Shown: positions 61,074 through 64,000 of the stretch, piece after piece
Numbering within the stretch: position 1 is the stretch's first letter
How the letters are laid out: each line of letters begins with the position of its first letter
Origin: Paraphysomonas bandaiensis
Taxonomy: Eukaryota > Protista > Chrysophyceae
Assembly (NCBI GenBank): GCA_965644295.1
Contig: CBFFRP010000035.1
Span: 186,001 to 250,000, forward strand
Reading direction: 5' to 3'
Length of the DNA stretch: 64,000 nt
Notes under the pieces: model-generated
Databases searched by the model: none
Seen by the model: only the letters and a program-made list of their open reading frames with translations
What the model was told of the DNA's origin: nothing
Translations under genes and position numbers: made by a program

Positions 61074-64000
61074 TCACTTTTTCTGATGAAGTAGTTCATC
61101 ATCGAAAAATGAAGCATTAATAATATTCCTCGCAGCTGATTCCACAACCCCAAGAGGAAGGTGCATTTGCTGTGCCAAGTGGCGCCAATGCTTTAAACCA
61201 TCTTTGAAGTTTGGCAGTTTCCTAATACAGCCCAGCGCTGAAAGAGGTGACAGCGAACGCCCCGAGCCAATATTTTGGTACACTCCATTGAGATCGTTCA
61301 GAGAGTCGATTTCAGGAACTGCTATATCTAGAGAGTGGTCACGCTTACACGCTGCTCGGAGTGACTTGTCGTACTTTAGCTGCACAAGGTTCAATACTCT
61401 CTCCAGATGCTCAAGTCGAACCGCAGTTATGTTAATATTTTCTTCAGACATCGCTGAAGTCTCGCTTACAGTAGATACATCAGATACCTCATGATCATCA
61501 AGACTGTAGGAAGCAGCCTTTCCAACAAAGGGTGCGTTGTTCCACGCTACTCGGCCAAGAGAGGTCGATCGCTGAGTCGCTGTCCACGTCGTTAGACGGG
61601 ATAGACTCGAGCTACCGTTTCCAATGGCGGCGTGTGACTCAACTACTTTACACAACACAAAAACACTATGAGCACATTCAAATATAGCAGCAAGAGTAAA
61701 AAGTTCACCTTTCAGACCACCAATACTTTTACCACTGCTGTTAGTAACAGAGTTCTGAAAAGTCGTCGAGCGTGTCGGGAGCGACCGTGTAGTCTTTAGT
61801 TTCGGCTGACATGCACGAGGTAGACTCTCATTTTCATCATCGTCATCATCAACACTGCTCAAAACAGTTAAATGCAAAAACCCTCCACAAAGCACTTCAT
61901 TGCGTCTCAAATTTCGATATATCTTATCACAAACTCATACAGAATATCGATGTCGCTTTCATTCCCTACAACTAAGTAACACACAGTACCTTTGTAGTGC
62001 AAATATTGCATCTGTGAACACATTACTCGATGTGCTATTATCGTCTTCAGAACAGTACAGAACATTACTGTTGCGCTGAAAAAACAGATGCTGAAGCAAG
62101 TCCTTCACCAAAGGTCGAGATTCTGGTGATTTGTGGAGACATGCACCGATAAATAAATTCAACTCTTCCGTGTAGTTCTCGCCTGGAAGCTCTATATCTT
62201 CGTCGCATATAGACTTAAGGAGGTCCCAGTAACCTTTCGGCTCCGATCCATTGCAGGTAGAGAGGGGAAGCCCACCGCGAACTACTGCGAGGATAGACAT
62301 TCCAAACGACCAGATGTCCCCGGGAAAACCATACTGCTCGTTACGAATGCGCTCTGGAGCCTATATAACGCGTTACACATATACTTGACAAGCAAATGCA
62401 CTGACCATGTAGCACATGGTGCCTACAAAGGAGTTTGATGCTATGTGTTCGCCCTTCGGAGTTTTCTGCAACACCTTTGCAATGCCGAAATCAGCTAACT
62501 TCACCACTCCTTCACAATTTAGTAAAATATTTCCCGGCTTGATATCCCTAAATGGATACTCTCAAACACATATCATGTAGAGCAAAGAGTGTACGTGGTA
62601 ATACCGGTGAGCCAAGTTGCGGCTGTGTAGAAAATCTAGACCCAGAAGCACCTGATAGGCAATGTCTGCCAGTACCTCTTCATCACGACAGCCTCCATTG
62701 TCTACCACATCCTGCAAGGATCCACCGTCCATATACTCTACTACAAGGTTGACTATACCACATGTAGGATCCAAGAAAGCTATATGTAAAAAAACGTGAA
62801 AATTGAGCGTGTTTCAGTCGCCAGGTGTATAATGGTGTTTAATCATATAGCCTCAGAATTAGAGTAGTAACAGGGATATATCGCACTGAGGTCATACTAC
62901 ATGACTAAAACATGCCCTATACCTATACTTACCATCATACATGGCCAATAACTGTGCGCAGCAACTGGTTACTTTAGAGTTTTTTCGCTTCGTTCTCTTG
63001 GCTCTGGATGTATCCGAGCGACTGACATCCGACATTATCTCCATGTCAATATCAGACAACGTTTCTGACCCTGCTTCTGAATGACCATCATAATTCTGAC
63101 ACCCATTGCTAGTCACAGAGCCACAATCCTTGGAGCTATTTAATTGTCTAGCACACGGTGTATATTGTGAGGTAGTGTCACTGTATACTGACCTCGGGGT
63201 AAGCGTCTGTATGATACTTTTTCCAGTGAATACTGCACTTCCTTCATCACAGCATTTCAATTCTTCGTCCAGAGAAGAACTCAGCAGATGAAGCTCCGCA
63301 AGATTCTGATATAAAACACCCAATTCAGATGAGATATGATGAATATTATCTGAGTCATTTATAGGAATCATTTTGAGTGCAACAATTGTGAGCGTACGTA
63401 AATGGAGTGCTTCCACAACATTCCCAGATGACCCAGTACCCAGTTTACCTATCTGCACAAAATCACTCTTTCCGCCAAGCAAAAAAGTATGGGGCACTTT
63501 GCTGTTTCCGGCAGTAGAGCTGACCTCGATACCAGCTTCCTTGATAGCAAAATTACCTATATGCAATCCACCTCCTGGACTGATACGGGCATCTTCTCGA
63601 GGGGTATTTGTTTGGCAAGCACCGAGAACTGGTGGCGAACCAAGATTGGCGTCTGATACCATTTCATCCGAAATTACTACTTTCAAGTTAGGGCGCGAGC
63701 GGTGTCGTGTATTTTCTGGAGATGATGGCTTCGGAGGACGACCAGAACTTAGGGGTTCATCTGCAACTGAAACAAAAGAAAGACCCAACGAAGTTCCAGG
63801 GTGTACTGAGGTGCGGACAGGGTCCATGCTTAACTGAGTACGTTGAAGTGTTGGGCTGTCATTCTTGCTGGATGTTGTATCATCTAATCGATATGACGTT
63901 TCCGTATTTCGATTGGTTTCGAGAGTATGGGAGAGGTTTTTGAGGGCCATATTACGCACAGAGTCGTTATTTTGAAGAGAAGCTTTAGCTTCAGGACTTT
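61074..64000 (-). CDS. MAP kinase kinase (STE7 family), 5'-incomplete
   Basis: LGTGSSGNV, VALKMI, EYMDGGSL, HRDIKPGNILL, LADFGIAK, SFVGTMCYMAPERI, DIWSFGMS; the frame is open to the window edge. Confidence 0.88.

Noticed and set aside
1-64000. Non-standard genetic code, CRISPR array, rRNA/tRNA genes
   Set aside because: The ORF breaks examined are explained by canonical GT-AG introns; there is no regularly spaced repeat-spacer array or recognisable structural RNA gene.

Overview
Compact, intron-rich eukaryotic DNA using the standard code, with short GT-AG introns. It is probably a stramenopile protist; this is an inference from an oomycete-type hAT transposase and an EF-hand family. There are 14 protein-coding genes: an EF-hand-like protein, a NEK kinase, MARCH6/Doa10, an ELM2-PLU-1-PHD protein, a Jupiter/SPIRAL1-like repeat protein, a BSD protein, an (alpha/alpha)6 glycosidase-like protein, a Dcd1/acid-ceramidase-like Ntn hydrolase, an AGC kinase, CNOT3, AGMO, an Fe-ADH, a TerD-EF-WD40-EF giant and an SGNH/PC-esterase. 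A 5'-incomplete MAP2K runs off the right edge. Twelve of the genes form six head-to-head pairs around ~0.5-0.65 kb GTATAC-rich spacers, and mobile DNA sits only in the long gaps downstream of gene 3' ends. The most notable signal is a non-coding retroposon family with about 17 copies or fragments. Its full-length ~500-600 bp form starts at a fixed 5' end (CCCTCAAC) that folds into an HDV-like ribozyme topology and ends in a conserved, structured ~190-nt 3' tail shared with other families. It makes 8-15 bp target-site duplications, is often 5'-truncated, and repeatedly inserts into itself, into a decayed hAT transposon and into a foldback element. All folds and alignments were done by eye; no searches were run.
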